Of a DNA stretch of 64,000 bases, positions 21,537 to 31,989 are shown piece by piece (the stretch's first letter is position 1; each line of letters begins with the position of its first letter). The notes under the pieces are model-generated. The model was not told the DNA's origin. It worked only from the letters and a program-made list of their open reading frames with translations, and made no database searches. Origin of the DNA: Balanoglossus misakiensis (Eukaryota; Animalia; Hemichordata); the NCBI GenBank assembly GCA_040954595.2, contig CM082577.2, positions 14,515,903 to 14,579,902 of the forward strand. The letters run 5' to 3'. Position numbers and translations under genes: made by a program.

Positions 21537-24500
21537 ATGAATGTAGGAAGGCGGCGTGTTTACCTGTTAAAACTAGAAGTCAAAGGGAGAGGAGTCAACG
21601 CATCCGACCTCTGTACCATCTTCGGCAAACTTCCCAATGGGCGTAGTATCGCGTTGGACATACTCGACCCAGTATATAGGATTTATTTGAATCCCATCAA
21701 CGAGGTTAGGGACGAGGAAGAAGTGTGCGCCCTCATTCATCAGTATACCAGCACGTTTTCCAATAACTTCAGCGTTGGTAAAACGTCAAAGGTAATCGGC
21801 AATGGTTACGCGGGGGATTCTCGACTGCCATTTTGGTACGTCGAGTCGTCGGAAAATGCGGTTGTTAAACAGGTGCAAAAAAATCTACCACGCTCCATTT
21901 TCAATTTTTTTATGGACGGCTGTGGAAAGGCCTATTTGGACGTAGCGGCCAATATGAACATCGGGGGTGTTGGTTGGCACTGGATTAAGTCGTCAAGATA
22001 CGTAACGGGATGCAAATGCCATTCGTGGTATGGCAAAGAACATGATCATGCCACTGTGAGTGATACCCACTCCATTGAGCCCCAACGAGAAGGCGAAAGT
22101 AGTCCACCACCACCCATTAACATTCTTCAACTGAAAGTTCATTGCTATCCAGACGGTGTAATCGCATTTATTACCTGTTCGTTGTTACGATGGGCAAAAG
22201 ATTTGACTTGTCTGTTTAATAATACATTCCGTAATTGTACCGTTGTGAAGTTTAGAACCACGATGTATGGTGGTGATATCTCAAATGTAGTAAATTGCAG
22301 GGATGAAGGTAATGTGTTACGCGCATTCACCAAAATCATCACTACCTGTGACTATGACTTTTTATGTGGATATTTTTTGGAAAAGGAACAGTTAAGAGTG
22401 TTAAAGGAGAGAAGTTGTCTTCACGGGCTCAACTTGATAAACCCTTTATTAATCAGGGATATTCGCCACACGCCTTTCATCAACAGGTGGGATAATGACC
22501 CACGCGGTATTGGCTTGATCGACATATGTACTGACAAACACGCGGATGGTCCGGACGCCTACAAATACATCAAAGACACTGTATTTAACAAAGGCTTCCT
22601 GAACACATACTTATCAACTTGCGAAGCGGCTACTATATTCTGTAGCCGACTAACTCACAAGAAGTCAAATGTAGATATTATACAGGTACCATACATGGAT
22701 TTTTTTGAGTCAGCTATGACTCGTAAGGCTAAACAACTTGGGTACGTCTTTGCATGCAGGGAAATCGGAGGAAGCAATGCGACGACGAGTCATTCTGAAT
22801 ATGAGATTGAAGCAGATCGAGGTCAAGGTTGTCAAGGCGGTTTGTTTCTCACGCCGGTTCAAGGGTTACACGTGGGCAATGCAGAATTGAGAGATTTTAA
22901 AAGCATGTACGGTTCCATAATAGTTGCATTTAACATCGACATCACCACTAGTTTGCAAGAATCACGCGCGGGTTTATTAAATGATGTAATTGAGATACCA
23001 GGTGGCTACAACTTTGTTAGCCCAAATGTTCGGCAGGGGTTACTACCGTCTATAGTTTCAAATCTTGTCGCGCAACGGGAACACTTCCAGAAAATTGCCC
23101 AGAGCAACAACGAAAACGGGAGTTGGTACGAAATGCAACAAATGGCACGGAAACAATTGATTGTGGGAGCTTACGGAGTCAATTTACGTCAGAGTATATT
23201 CACAAGCCCGTGTGTGGCTAAGGCCATTACATCCACTGGTAGATTCCTCTTTGAACGGATGAGAGTAACAGCCGCGTCATTCACCCACCCACATTTATTG
23301 ACGACACCCAGTGTCCTATTTGGAAATGCAGATTCTCTGATGACCAGTTTCCTGCCAGCACGTGAATTGTCTAACGTCGAATGGACCGAAGTTTTCATGG
23401 ATATTGGACAGTGTTTCCACGACGACATTCGTAAAGTAGTTCAAACCATGGGCGCGAATATAGATGCGCGTTTATTGCGGTTTGAGTCGAAAGGGCATGC
23501 AAAAATAGTAATGTGTACGAGTCGCAAACAACAGTATGTGATGTGCATTAGGTCAACTTCCAAAAAAGGATGTTGTTTAGTTGTCAAAGGGTTTGTATCG
23601 AACTCTACAAACTGCCATCCCTTGGTGAGAAACGTGGAAAGATGTATGCTGTCACTCCTGTTTGAAGGTCATGTATTGCTTAGGTCTGTAGAATCTGGGC
23701 AACTGTCAACACTTCACCCAAGTGAATTGTCCACACGCTCGCAACTGATATATGAAGCGTACGTAGCATCATCTGGGGTGTGGGTGAAGGTTGGAGATGC
23801 TATAAACCAAGATACTGGTGTTAAGAACTCCTTTCGTTTGCGAGATAATTTAGGCAGAGAATTGTGCGAACGCCTTTTTGACGAGGACGGCATTCCGATA
23901 CTCACCACTGACAGACTCAGAGAAATAAGGTCTGAAGTGGAGACGGTTGTGTTGTACACGTTAAACAGAGTCATAATGTTGCAAGAAGACACGCACCTGT
24001 TGATAAAACATTTGCCACCGAATGCTAACCCTGGTGCAAGGTCGACGTTGGAAAAACAATACATGCAATTTCACGGGAGATTGCCTTGTGATATATTATA
24101 TGTGAATACCAAAGAAGATGGACCAATGCACCCTCTTTTGGCTGTCTTCCAACAGAAAACACTAGAGACAGATGACACAATTGCATCGATAAAAAAGACC
24201 TTTATTGAGGGGGGTGACGAAGGTGGTCCGTATTCCATTATGAATGTTATGAGGCCCAACGTCAAGACATTACACGGAGTATTGTGCATGGAAACAGAAT
24301 CAACTGTGCAAAATCAGTTAAGAGTACAAAGACAGTTTCGGAAACGATTCGATTCTGTCCTCGCTATGTCCTCTAAGAAAGTCGAACACCCCGTGTGCAA
24401 TAATGAAGAGGAATATGTGATGACAAAATTGTTGAATTTTACCAACTGTCCGGATTGTAAAGTTATCACTGTAGATCGAGCTAATCGCGACTACAACTAC

Positions 24501-24740
24501 ACCGACATGTTCGGAACTGATGCGATAATCCGGAAGCATAATTTGGTTTTATTCAATGTATGCAAACAAAGTTCGCGTGTGTATTTCATATCCAATTGTA
24601 AGGATGTCCAGTGTGTAGGCGTATACAAATTTGCCACCTTGGTGAATCAATTGAAAATACTAACTGCACTTAAAAACAAGGAAGCAATGGTAAACAAAGT
24701 GTCAACTGTTTTGACTGAACGTCTCACGAAATCACAATGA
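21537..24740 (+). CDS. Family B DNA polymerase, Pol-delta-like, with degenerate exonuclease and polymerase motifs
   Basis: QGGLFLTP, DFKSMYGSIIVAFNI (motif A), GLLPSIV, KQLIVGAYG (B), ITSTGR, FGNADS (C), LRFE, VVKG; C-terminal CPDC..CKDVQC. Confidence 0.85.
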   Translation: MNVGRRRVYLLKLEVKGRGVNASDLCTIFGKLPNGRSIALDILDPVYRIYLNPINEVRDEEEVCALIHQYTSTFSNNFSVGKTSKVIGNGYAGDSRLPFWYVESSENAVVKQVQKNLPRSIFNFFMDGCGKAYLDVAANMNIGGVGWHWIKSSRYVTGCKCHSWYGKEHDHATVSDTHSIEPQREGESSPPPPINILQLKVHCYPDGVIAFITCSLLRWAKDLTCLFNNTFRNCTVVKFRTTMYGGDISNVVNCRDEGNVLRAFTKIITTCDYDFLCGYFLEKEQLRVLKERSCLHGLNLINPLLIRDIRHTPFINRWDNDPRGIGLIDICTDKHADGPDAYKYIKDTVFNKGFLNTYLSTCEAATIFCSRLTHKKSNVDIIQVPYMDFFESAMTRKAKQLGYVFACREIGGSNATTSHSEYEIEADRGQGCQGGLFLTPVQGLHVGNAELRDFKSMYGSIIVAFNIDITTSLQESRAGLLNDVIEIPGGYNFVSPNVRQGLLPSIVSNLVAQREHFQKIAQSNNENGSWYEMQQMARKQLIVGAYGVNLRQSIFTSPCVAKAITSTGRFLFERMRVTAASFTHPHLLTTPSVLFGNADSLMTSFLPARELSNVEWTEVFMDIGQCFHDDIRKVVQTMGANIDARLLRFESKGHAKIVMCTSRKQQYVMCIRSTSKKGCCLVVKGFVSNSTNCHPLVRNVERCMLSLLFEGHVLLRSVESGQLSTLHPSELSTRSQLIYEAYVASSGVWVKVGDAINQDTGVKNSFRLRDNLGRELCERLFDEDGIPILTTDRLREIRSEVETVVLYTLNRVIMLQEDTHLLIKHLPPNANPGARSTLEKQYMQFHGRLPCDILYVNTKEDGPMHPLLAVFQQKTLETDDTIASIKKTFIEGGDEGGPYSIMNVMRPNVKTLHGVLCMETESTVQNQLRVQRQFRKRFDSVLAMSSKKVEHPVCNNEEEYVMTKLLNFTNCPDCKVITVDRANRDYNYTDMFGTDAIIRKHNLVLFNVCKQSSRVYFISNCKDVQCVGVYKFATLVNQLKILTALKNKEAMVNKVSTVLTERLTKSQ

Positions 24741-25247
24741 GTGTCATACAATGGATGAGAAGGGTCGTGATAATACTACTAATAATAATATATATATGCA
24801 GTCGCTTTAATTGGTATGTTGGTTTTCGTATAATAAAGTGTATTGCAAATAGAACAGTCCAGAATAGTCTTCTGCGAGTGTAAATTAGCATACACATAAT
24901 ACCATATTAGCTGTCTAATGGCGTGGTTTCATTGTCAGAACAAAGAATATACAATAAACAATATATCCCTAGAAACATCGTATTTTTAACTCGCATTTAA
25001 TATCAAGTAACATTTTCAACAGATAATGTGTACATTGTGTTGTGTATTTCAAATGTTTTGTTTTATTTCGGGAGGTGTCGATGTTTAGAGTGTTCCTACA
25101 GAGAAACACTTGCATATAAAAATAGAGACTCAATATACTACATACAAAACACCACAGCCTATTTGTTATCCTATATCGTCTTCTTCGGTTGACTTTTGAC
25201 GTAGACAAATCTGCGATATGTTTTTTTTTCCATACTCGCCCCTCTTA

Positions 25248-28200
25248 TCACTTGACTGTTATCTGGTTTAGATTTTGGTCAAAGTTGTGACTCAACATAG
25301 ATTTGACATATGGAACGAGAGTGGTCAAATTTCTTTTGCTTTTGGTGACAACGATGTACTTAGCACTCCCTTTAGTGAAGTCTATCAGATGCTCATTCGT
25401 TGACACAAAACAGAGCGGGATCATTGCATCGTGCCGGTCTACAAATTTTACATTTCGAGTTTTACCCAGTAAAAGTATCAATCTGAACATAGTGGGTGTG
25501 GATGTGTTAGGGTCATGCGGAATCACAACTGGATAAAACGTTGCGACTTTAGTAGTCGCATGCCCCCTACACATTGCAGCCACTCGACTGAATTTGTTTA
25601 GTTCGCTGTCTCGGTGTCCGTTGTCATCGCGGTAGCACATAAACTGCCTCGCCTCTTCTAACATGACCGAGAATGATGGTTGTGGGTCGAAAAAGTCTGT
25701 CATGATGTTCTTGAATAAACTGTCTGTGTAAGAAGGGAGTCGTCTGTAAGCAGACGACACAAACGAGACGAAAGGACGTCCGTTTATCGCTAAGTCTACA
25801 TAGTTATCCCTACATGGCGCGTCGATCGTAACCCCTTTGCTTCGTAGCCGATGCGCTTCTTTCAATGCGTCCCTTTGTGTCTGTAAATACCGCACTATAT
25901 CCTGGCTCTCCCTTAACTGGCGAGATAAATCGCGCACTGTAACCTCGTGTTTATCGCAGCCGTCATGCGCCTTCTTTAGTCTGTCAATTTCAGCAGCTCT
26001 CTCGGCAGACAACTGTCGAATCGCTTTATTTTCCTTTCTCAGTGAGTTTACCAATGATTCCAAATCATGTTCGGATGAAACTTCCAAACATACTGTCTGC
26101 TCTATATTGGAGGTTTGGGATCCGGAAGGATCAATCCTACTCGCTTGACTGTCAATCGCACGAACACCCAGTATTCCTTTGGCATTTTCTAGTTCTCGTA
26201 GGCTTTTGTCACGGGTTTCAATAATCTTTTGTTGTTCTCTGATCTCGTTTTCAAAATGTCTCCTTAATTCGGCGATCTGAGATGTATGACTTTTTTCCAT
26301 CACTTTAACTTTATTTTCTAGTAGCCGTTTATCGCTTGCAATTTCCTGCATGCGCCTGTCCCGTGCGATATAATATTCCGGGGACCCTGCCTGAGATTGA
26401 CTATCCGACAAGTCACTATCTTGACCCTGCCCAATCCGGCTTTCGTCTCTAAAGGCCCGTGTATTTAAACTGTCCCTTTGTTCAGCTTGGATAAAGGAAG
26501 TTTCCAGCGAGTGTAATTTCGTTCGAAATTCACTATTTTCATCATTCAGGTCATTCGCCTTTCGTTTCCAGTCATTAAGATCGCCGATCGCATCGTCTAG
26601 CCTTAACTGAATTTCATTTAATTTTTGTTCAAATTCCCTTTGCTGCATAATGTTGTCTTCATTATTTCGTGCGACTAGTTCGACTTGCTCAAGCAGCTTG
26701 TTGCGCAAGGCTTCGTTCTCCGATACGAGGCCAGCATTCTCTTTTTGTTGTAACTCGTTTGACTTGACCGTGGATGTTATTTCAGTATTCTTGTCGCCAA
26801 GTTCTCGAGATATTTGTATATTTTCCTGACGGAGATTACGAAATCGACTATTTGTATCATCAAACTGACGTCTAAGTGACTCCAAGTCCATACGGAGCTG
26901 TCGATTGTTTGTCTCCGTCTGTCGATGTTGTTTGCTAAGTGCGTCTACATGTTCGTTTGCTACCACGACTTTGTCTTCCAGTTGGTCACGATCACGCTGG
27001 TACATATCACGCTCGATTCGCAGTTGGGCTATCTGTTTGTACGTGATGTCTGCTGTACTCTCCGCCTTCGCTTTCATATCCTGATTGTCTGACTTCAAGG
27101 TCTCAATTTCCTCCCTCAAATCGTCAACTTCTGCATTTGCTTCATCTAGTTGTTGTTTTAAGGCATTTCTGGTGTCCACAGACTGCCGAACTTTCATTTC
27201 TAAAGTATCAATCTCTCTCCTGGTTTTGGACTCTTTCTCTTTAAACTCTCTCAAACTTTTGTTGTCACTTAATGATTGTGAATTCAGTTCCTGTAACTTC
27301 TCTCGCTGTCGTTGATTATTCTGTTCTGATACGGCCTTTTCGTGAACGAATCGCTCAATTTTCTTGTTCAAGTAGTCGTTTTCTTCTCGTATTGCGTTTT
27401 CCTGTTCGGTTCTTTTTGAGATTTCAGCGCGCATTTGATTATACTCCATTACCTTTTCATGTAGCTCAGCCTTTAAACGCTTTGCTTCACCCATGTAACG
27501 ATTAGTCTCTCCATCAATCGACCCTGACTGTTTCCCTCTACCATTCGATTGCAGTTGTTCATTCTCGACCGATAGCTGGTAAATTTTCGCCTGAGCGTTT
27601 TTGTTACTGACAAAGACCTCTGTCCGTAATTTACTACAGTCGATATTCAACCGGGTAACCTGGGCTTGTAACTTCTCTTCCGCTTCTTTTTGTTTGGAAT
27701 TTGTTTCATTAGCATGTTGTAGACTGAGGCGAACATCCTCTAACTCGGTCTCAAATTTACGAATGTCTGACTGTCGTTCTTCTAATAAATTTTCTCTGAT
27801 TTCCAATTTATGCTCTAAAGAGTCAACGACCGATCGCGTGTCCGTTAACTCCGTTTGTAACCTCTCATTGTCTTGTTTGAGGTTGGAACGTGTAGTATCA
27901 TGTTGGACCTTTTGCGCATTAAGATCCCCTTGTAATTGGTTCTTTTCAGAGACCAATGCGGACAACTTAGTTTCTAGGCGCCTAATTTGGTGATTCAATT
28001 GTTCATTTGCGGCTTGTTCCTTGTGTAGAAGCTCCTTGGTAAATGCATTCTCACTAGACACACGCTTTACGTGTTGAGAAGTGTCTGTGAGATCACTGTC
28101 GATGGTATTCATTTTGGACGTGGCCGTCGCAAGTTGATCCTTCAGCGCATCAATCTCCTTCAACGCATCTGAAAGTTTCTGTTGGGTCTCCTCATGTTTA

Positions 28201-31200
28201 TCGTGTCTTGTTGACAGACTGGTGTTTTGCTCAGAAACAAGTCGTTCAAATTCTCTTGTCCGTTCCAACAGTTGTCCGTTGGTCTCAATCAATTTCCTTC
28301 TGTCTTCATTCAGATCCACGATATCGCGCTCGAGGTTTCGAATCAAATTAAAACTTTCATCATTGGAGCGTTCTATATCATCTTGCAATTTCTGTTTTAT
28401 CGCCTCAATGTTGTCTAATGACTTTCTCATACTTTCAAGCTCGCGCTGTTTCGCTCTGTTTTCTTCTTGAGTACGTACAATGCGTTTGGTCAACTCGCCA
28501 TTTTCGTTTTCTGCAATTTCTAATTTTTGTTTGGCCATTTCCATAGCATATAGTGACTGTTTCATAGAGTCAAGCTCGCGCTGTTTCGCTCTGTTTTCTT
28601 CTTGGGTACGTACATTGCGTTTGGTCAACTCGCCATTTTCGTTTTCCGCAATTTCTAATTTTTGTTTGGCAATTTCCATAGCATATAGTGACTGTTTCAT
28701 AGAGTCAACTTCTCGCTGTTTCGCCTCAACTAACGAATTTTGTTCTGTTTGTATACGTTCGATGTCCCGACTCAACGTGTCTTTTTCGTTCTCTACAACC
28801 ACCAGTTCCCTTTTTGCCGCCTCTACAGTTTCTAGTGACTGTTTCGCACTTTCGACCGCTCGCTGTTTCGCCAAAACTAAAGTTTTGTTTTCTGCTTGGA
28901 TACGTCCAATCTCTTCCACCAATTTGGCTGCCTCATTCTCTGCACATACTAATTTCCCTTTCATATCCTGCATGTTACGCTTATCCGCTGTGATTAGTGC
29001 CTCGTTGTCCGCTTTAAGATGCTCAATGTCATTTTCTAAATTTTCTATACGCGCCAACAATGATTTTATTTTTTGTTTGGCGTCAGTTTGACTCGTTTGT
29101 TCAGTTTGACCGTCGTTGACCCCCTCCGATACACGAAGAGTTCTGCAATTTTCTTCAGATAGTTCCCCATTTACAGAAAGCCTACTGCCACTCTCTCGAG
29201 GTCGCGGCAATCTTATTGGTTCATAATAATCAGTAAGAGATTTCAAGTCATCCTCCAGTGTATCAGTTTCAGTACCGGATACAAGGGGTATGTCAAATAT
29301 AGGATCCTCACCAACACTGGCGTTGCTGTTCGACGTATAGTGTATCAGTGACGGGGACATTGTTTGTGGTTTTGGAGTATGTAAGGTGTCGGGTGTATCG
29401 ACTGGAATCTCAACAAGCGAAGGCCGGGACTGTTTAGGCGACGCATGTCTTGGAGGATGTAAGGTGTCGGGTGTATCGACTGGAATCTCAACAAGCGAAG
29501 GCCGGGACTGTTTAGGCGACGCATGTCTTGGAGGATGTAAGGTGTCGGGTGTATCGACTGGCCTCTGAACAAGCGAAGACCGGGACTGTTTAGGCGACGA
29601 GTACAAGTCGTCGAGGCCACTCGACGTATCTTGAGGACAGACTGTCTGTAACAGTGAAGTAATGGTATCATCGAAAGGCGCGGTAGTTGAGGGCGCCGTT
29701 CGTGGTTTAGGGACAGGTAATGCCACCAGCGAGTCTGATGCAGGAGACGAAGTAGGCAACGATGATAGGTCTCTATGCTTAGTAACCTTCGAATCTTCTC
29801 GCGAGTCCAATGGAAGAGTGGTGCGTGTTTCTTCGGGGATGGTAATCTGCAAGGGTGTGGACGCTGATACCGGTGGGAATACGACGCCGTCAGTTGTGGA
29901 GGTGTCGACAAGAGAGGAAAACTGCTCCCAATTGTCAATTTTCTCAAGGGGATGGTCGCCAGGGGTTTGCGCATTAGACGAAGATGTCGATTTGCGTGAG
30001 AGTGCGTCAGAACCATTTCCGTCCACTCGTGTTGGAACATTTTGTACTAATTCACTAACGTCTTCGCTGTGGATCAATTCCTGTAAACCGGAATATCCGC
30101 CACTGTCTGCTTGATTTACATCTGATATAGCGGACGCCGTGTCTGAAGTATGTGTCATTTGTTCATCAGTGTCAACTACACGTATCGGGTCACTTGACTG
30201 GTCGTCGTATTGTTCTGTCAGTTCTGATAGGGATGCCTGGCAAATTTCCCCGGCTGGTTCAACATTTACAATGTTTTCAGGATGATACTCATATTCGTCT
30301 CTGTATCTGTCCAAAGTATTGTCAGTCACTCTGTCGTCGAACCCTCGAGGTGAAGGGTCCGTTTCAAGCACATTCTCGTATTGACTATTTGAAAAGTCAA
30401 CGTATCTTTGGTCATTGTCTGACAGAATGCCCGCATTGGCGCGTCCTGTCTTATATCTTCTATCCTCCGTAAACCTCGTGTCGCACAAAGCACCATATAC
30501 AATGGCGACAAGATTACCCTCAGTGTGTCCACATTTTAGAGTCCCCTGTATATTATTACCAAAGAGTGTTGGTAAGTCATCTGTAGCATTATCTGCCAAT
30601 AATTCTCTTAGGGCAGTTTGTTCTAAAGTACCACTTAAGACGTTATGTACATCTTTTTCGATTCGTATGAAACGTGCAAGACTCCTAAATAATTGATTAA
30701 AATTTATGTCCATGGACGTTTCTTTGTACTGAGCAAAAGTTGAATTAAGTGCCCGTGCAGCAGAATGCATGGCTACTCTCAATTGTTCAAACAATGGAAT
30801 ATTTATTGAGTCTGGTGTACCTAAACACTCTGGAAAGGTTGATAGGAAGTGCGGCTTTGTCTGGTGATCGTCGAATAAACCATTTATCAGGTCGAGCAGC
30901 TCGTTTCTATTCGTATGACTGTCGCTGGCAAGGTCCAAGATCGTTTCACAATTGGCGCACAAGTGACTCCACAGATATGGATATAAAGACAACACGCCCC
31001 AGACATTTGGAATTTCAGATAAGATTAATTGGAGTGTATGTTTTGACAGAATTATGTAAAACGTTGGCATTTGACTTTTGACATCCTGTTCGATATATTT
31101 AAAAAAATGATACATCGTACCCCTCTCATATTTCAAAAGCACACTGCACACATTCTCCAACCTATCCAAATCAACCTTTTCTATGCCTTCCACTACAAAG

Positions 31201-31988
31201 CTGTCCTCATTTTTAGCTAAATACCGATGTGCACCATAAGCGGTGTACGTGAAATTTTCGGATTTTACTCTGTGTGTGTGTTTGCTGGGGTTAGCGTCTG
31301 TTGATTTGGAATGGTAAGATGTGGTTCCTGGAAAACTCCGCATACAAGAGAAACATACGGCCTTGCGCGTCAACACGCGACATATGGCATTTTTTTTTAA
31401 GTCGTACGCCACATACAAATTTTTTGTAGAGTCTTTTTGCAACAAGAAGCCACCTCCTAGGACCAACATGTAGACGAGCCTATTGAACGTGGATGGTGGC
31501 AGGCTGCACGTCGACTTTGACCTGACATCTTTGTATATTGTTAACAGACTTTTGTACAATCTAAGCAGTTCGACGCAACATGGCGTGTCGCCTATTTTAC
31601 TCTCACGAACGGAGCACAATGTCTCGACGAATGCGTCGGTAAATCCACGTGCTAGAAATCTATTTTGGTCCGCAGCATGGACTATGAAACCATCGTCAAA
31701 CCCCGTTGAGATTATTCTATTTAACCTACACACGGGATTGGTGCTTGAAACCAGTTCGTCTTCTATCCTGTTAGTGGGTGTACACACCCTCTTGCCTATC
31801 TGGAGGTGACTTTGCCCATCTTCATCGTCTGAATGTGAACATTCACTCTCATTGGGCCGTTTTCGAGAAATCTCCTCTGGACATTCCATTAAAGGTTCAA
31901 ATGTTAATGCCCAAATACAAAACATAATTGCCCAAATACAAAACATTAGTATTAAGGTTTTATTATTATCAAATCTAGGTGACCACAT
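25248..31988 (-). CDS. Very large (~2200 aa) protein with S/T/P-rich linker and ~1000 aa coiled coil; possibly structural/tegument
   Basis: Uninterrupted ORF, heptad-rich E/K/Q/L segment; true start uncertain. Confidence 0.8.
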   Translation of the reverse strand: MWSPRFDNNKTLILMFCIWAIMFCIWALTFEPLMECPEEISRKRPNESECSHSDDEDGQSHLQIGKRVCTPTNRIEDELVSSTNPVCRLNRIISTGFDDGFIVHAADQNRFLARGFTDAFVETLCSVRESKIGDTPCCVELLRLYKSLLTIYKDVRSKSTCSLPPSTFNRLVYMLVLGGGFLLQKDSTKNLYVAYDLKKNAICRVLTRKAVCFSCMRSFPGTTSYHSKSTDANPSKHTHRVKSENFTYTAYGAHRYLAKNEDSFVVEGIEKVDLDRLENVCSVLLKYERGTMYHFFKYIEQDVKSQMPTFYIILSKHTLQLILSEIPNVWGVLSLYPYLWSHLCANCETILDLASDSHTNRNELLDLINGLFDDHQTKPHFLSTFPECLGTPDSINIPLFEQLRVAMHSAARALNSTFAQYKETSMDINFNQLFRSLARFIRIEKDVHNVLSGTLEQTALRELLADNATDDLPTLFGNNIQGTLKCGHTEGNLVAIVYGALCDTRFTEDRRYKTGRANAGILSDNDQRYVDFSNSQYENVLETDPSPRGFDDRVTDNTLDRYRDEYEYHPENIVNVEPAGEICQASLSELTEQYDDQSSDPIRVVDTDEQMTHTSDTASAISDVNQADSGGYSGLQELIHSEDVSELVQNVPTRVDGNGSDALSRKSTSSSNAQTPGDHPLEKIDNWEQFSSLVDTSTTDGVVFPPVSASTPLQITIPEETRTTLPLDSREDSKVTKHRDLSSLPTSSPASDSLVALPVPKPRTAPSTTAPFDDTITSLLQTVCPQDTSSGLDDLYSSPKQSRSSLVQRPVDTPDTLHPPRHASPKQSRPSLVEIPVDTPDTLHPPRHASPKQSRPSLVEIPVDTPDTLHTPKPQTMSPSLIHYTSNSNASVGEDPIFDIPLVSGTETDTLEDDLKSLTDYYEPIRLPRPRESGSRLSVNGELSEENCRTLRVSEGVNDGQTEQTSQTDAKQKIKSLLARIENLENDIEHLKADNEALITADKRNMQDMKGKLVCAENEAAKLVEEIGRIQAENKTLVLAKQRAVESAKQSLETVEAAKRELVVVENEKDTLSRDIERIQTEQNSLVEAKQREVDSMKQSLYAMEIAKQKLEIAENENGELTKRNVRTQEENRAKQRELDSMKQSLYAMEMAKQKLEIAENENGELTKRIVRTQEENRAKQRELESMRKSLDNIEAIKQKLQDDIERSNDESFNLIRNLERDIVDLNEDRRKLIETNGQLLERTREFERLVSEQNTSLSTRHDKHEETQQKLSDALKEIDALKDQLATATSKMNTIDSDLTDTSQHVKRVSSENAFTKELLHKEQAANEQLNHQIRRLETKLSALVSEKNQLQGDLNAQKVQHDTTRSNLKQDNERLQTELTDTRSVVDSLEHKLEIRENLLEERQSDIRKFETELEDVRLSLQHANETNSKQKEAEEKLQAQVTRLNIDCSKLRTEVFVSNKNAQAKIYQLSVENEQLQSNGRGKQSGSIDGETNRYMGEAKRLKAELHEKVMEYNQMRAEISKRTEQENAIREENDYLNKKIERFVHEKAVSEQNNQRQREKLQELNSQSLSDNKSLREFKEKESKTRREIDTLEMKVRQSVDTRNALKQQLDEANAEVDDLREEIETLKSDNQDMKAKAESTADITYKQIAQLRIERDMYQRDRDQLEDKVVVANEHVDALSKQHRQTETNNRQLRMDLESLRRQFDDTNSRFRNLRQENIQISRELGDKNTEITSTVKSNELQQKENAGLVSENEALRNKLLEQVELVARNNEDNIMQQREFEQKLNEIQLRLDDAIGDLNDWKRKANDLNDENSEFRTKLHSLETSFIQAEQRDSLNTRAFRDESRIGQGQDSDLSDSQSQAGSPEYYIARDRRMQEIASDKRLLENKVKVMEKSHTSQIAELRRHFENEIREQQKIIETRDKSLRELENAKGILGVRAIDSQASRIDPSGSQTSNIEQTVCLEVSSEHDLESLVNSLRKENKAIRQLSAERAAEIDRLKKAHDGCDKHEVTVRDLSRQLRESQDIVRYLQTQRDALKEAHRLRSKGVTIDAPCRDNYVDLAINGRPFVSFVSSAYRRLPSYTDSLFKNIMTDFFDPQPSFSVMLEEARQFMCYRDDNGHRDSELNKFSRVAAMCRGHATTKVATFYPVVIPHDPNTSTPTMFRLILLLGKTRNVKFVDRHDAMIPLCFVSTNEHLIDFTKGSAKYIVVTKSKRNLTTLVPYVKSMLSHNFDQNLNQITVK
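28435..28724 (-). repeat. 135-bp (45 aa) coding tandem repeat, about 2 copies
   Basis: AKQRELDSMKQSLYAME(I/M)AKQKLEIAENENGELTKR(N/I)VRTQEENR. Confidence 0.85.
29379..29599 (-). repeat. 78-bp (26 aa) coding tandem repeat, about 2.8 copies
   Basis: Units start at 29379, 29457, 29535; SPKQSRPSLVEIPVDTPDTLHPPRHA. Confidence 0.9.
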
Positions 31989-31989
31989 T

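Noticed and set aside
25303-31809. Many plus-strand ORFs opposite the giant coiled-coil gene
   Set aside because: Antisense shadows caused by codon bias and repeats; Ser/Leu/Phe-rich with no motifs
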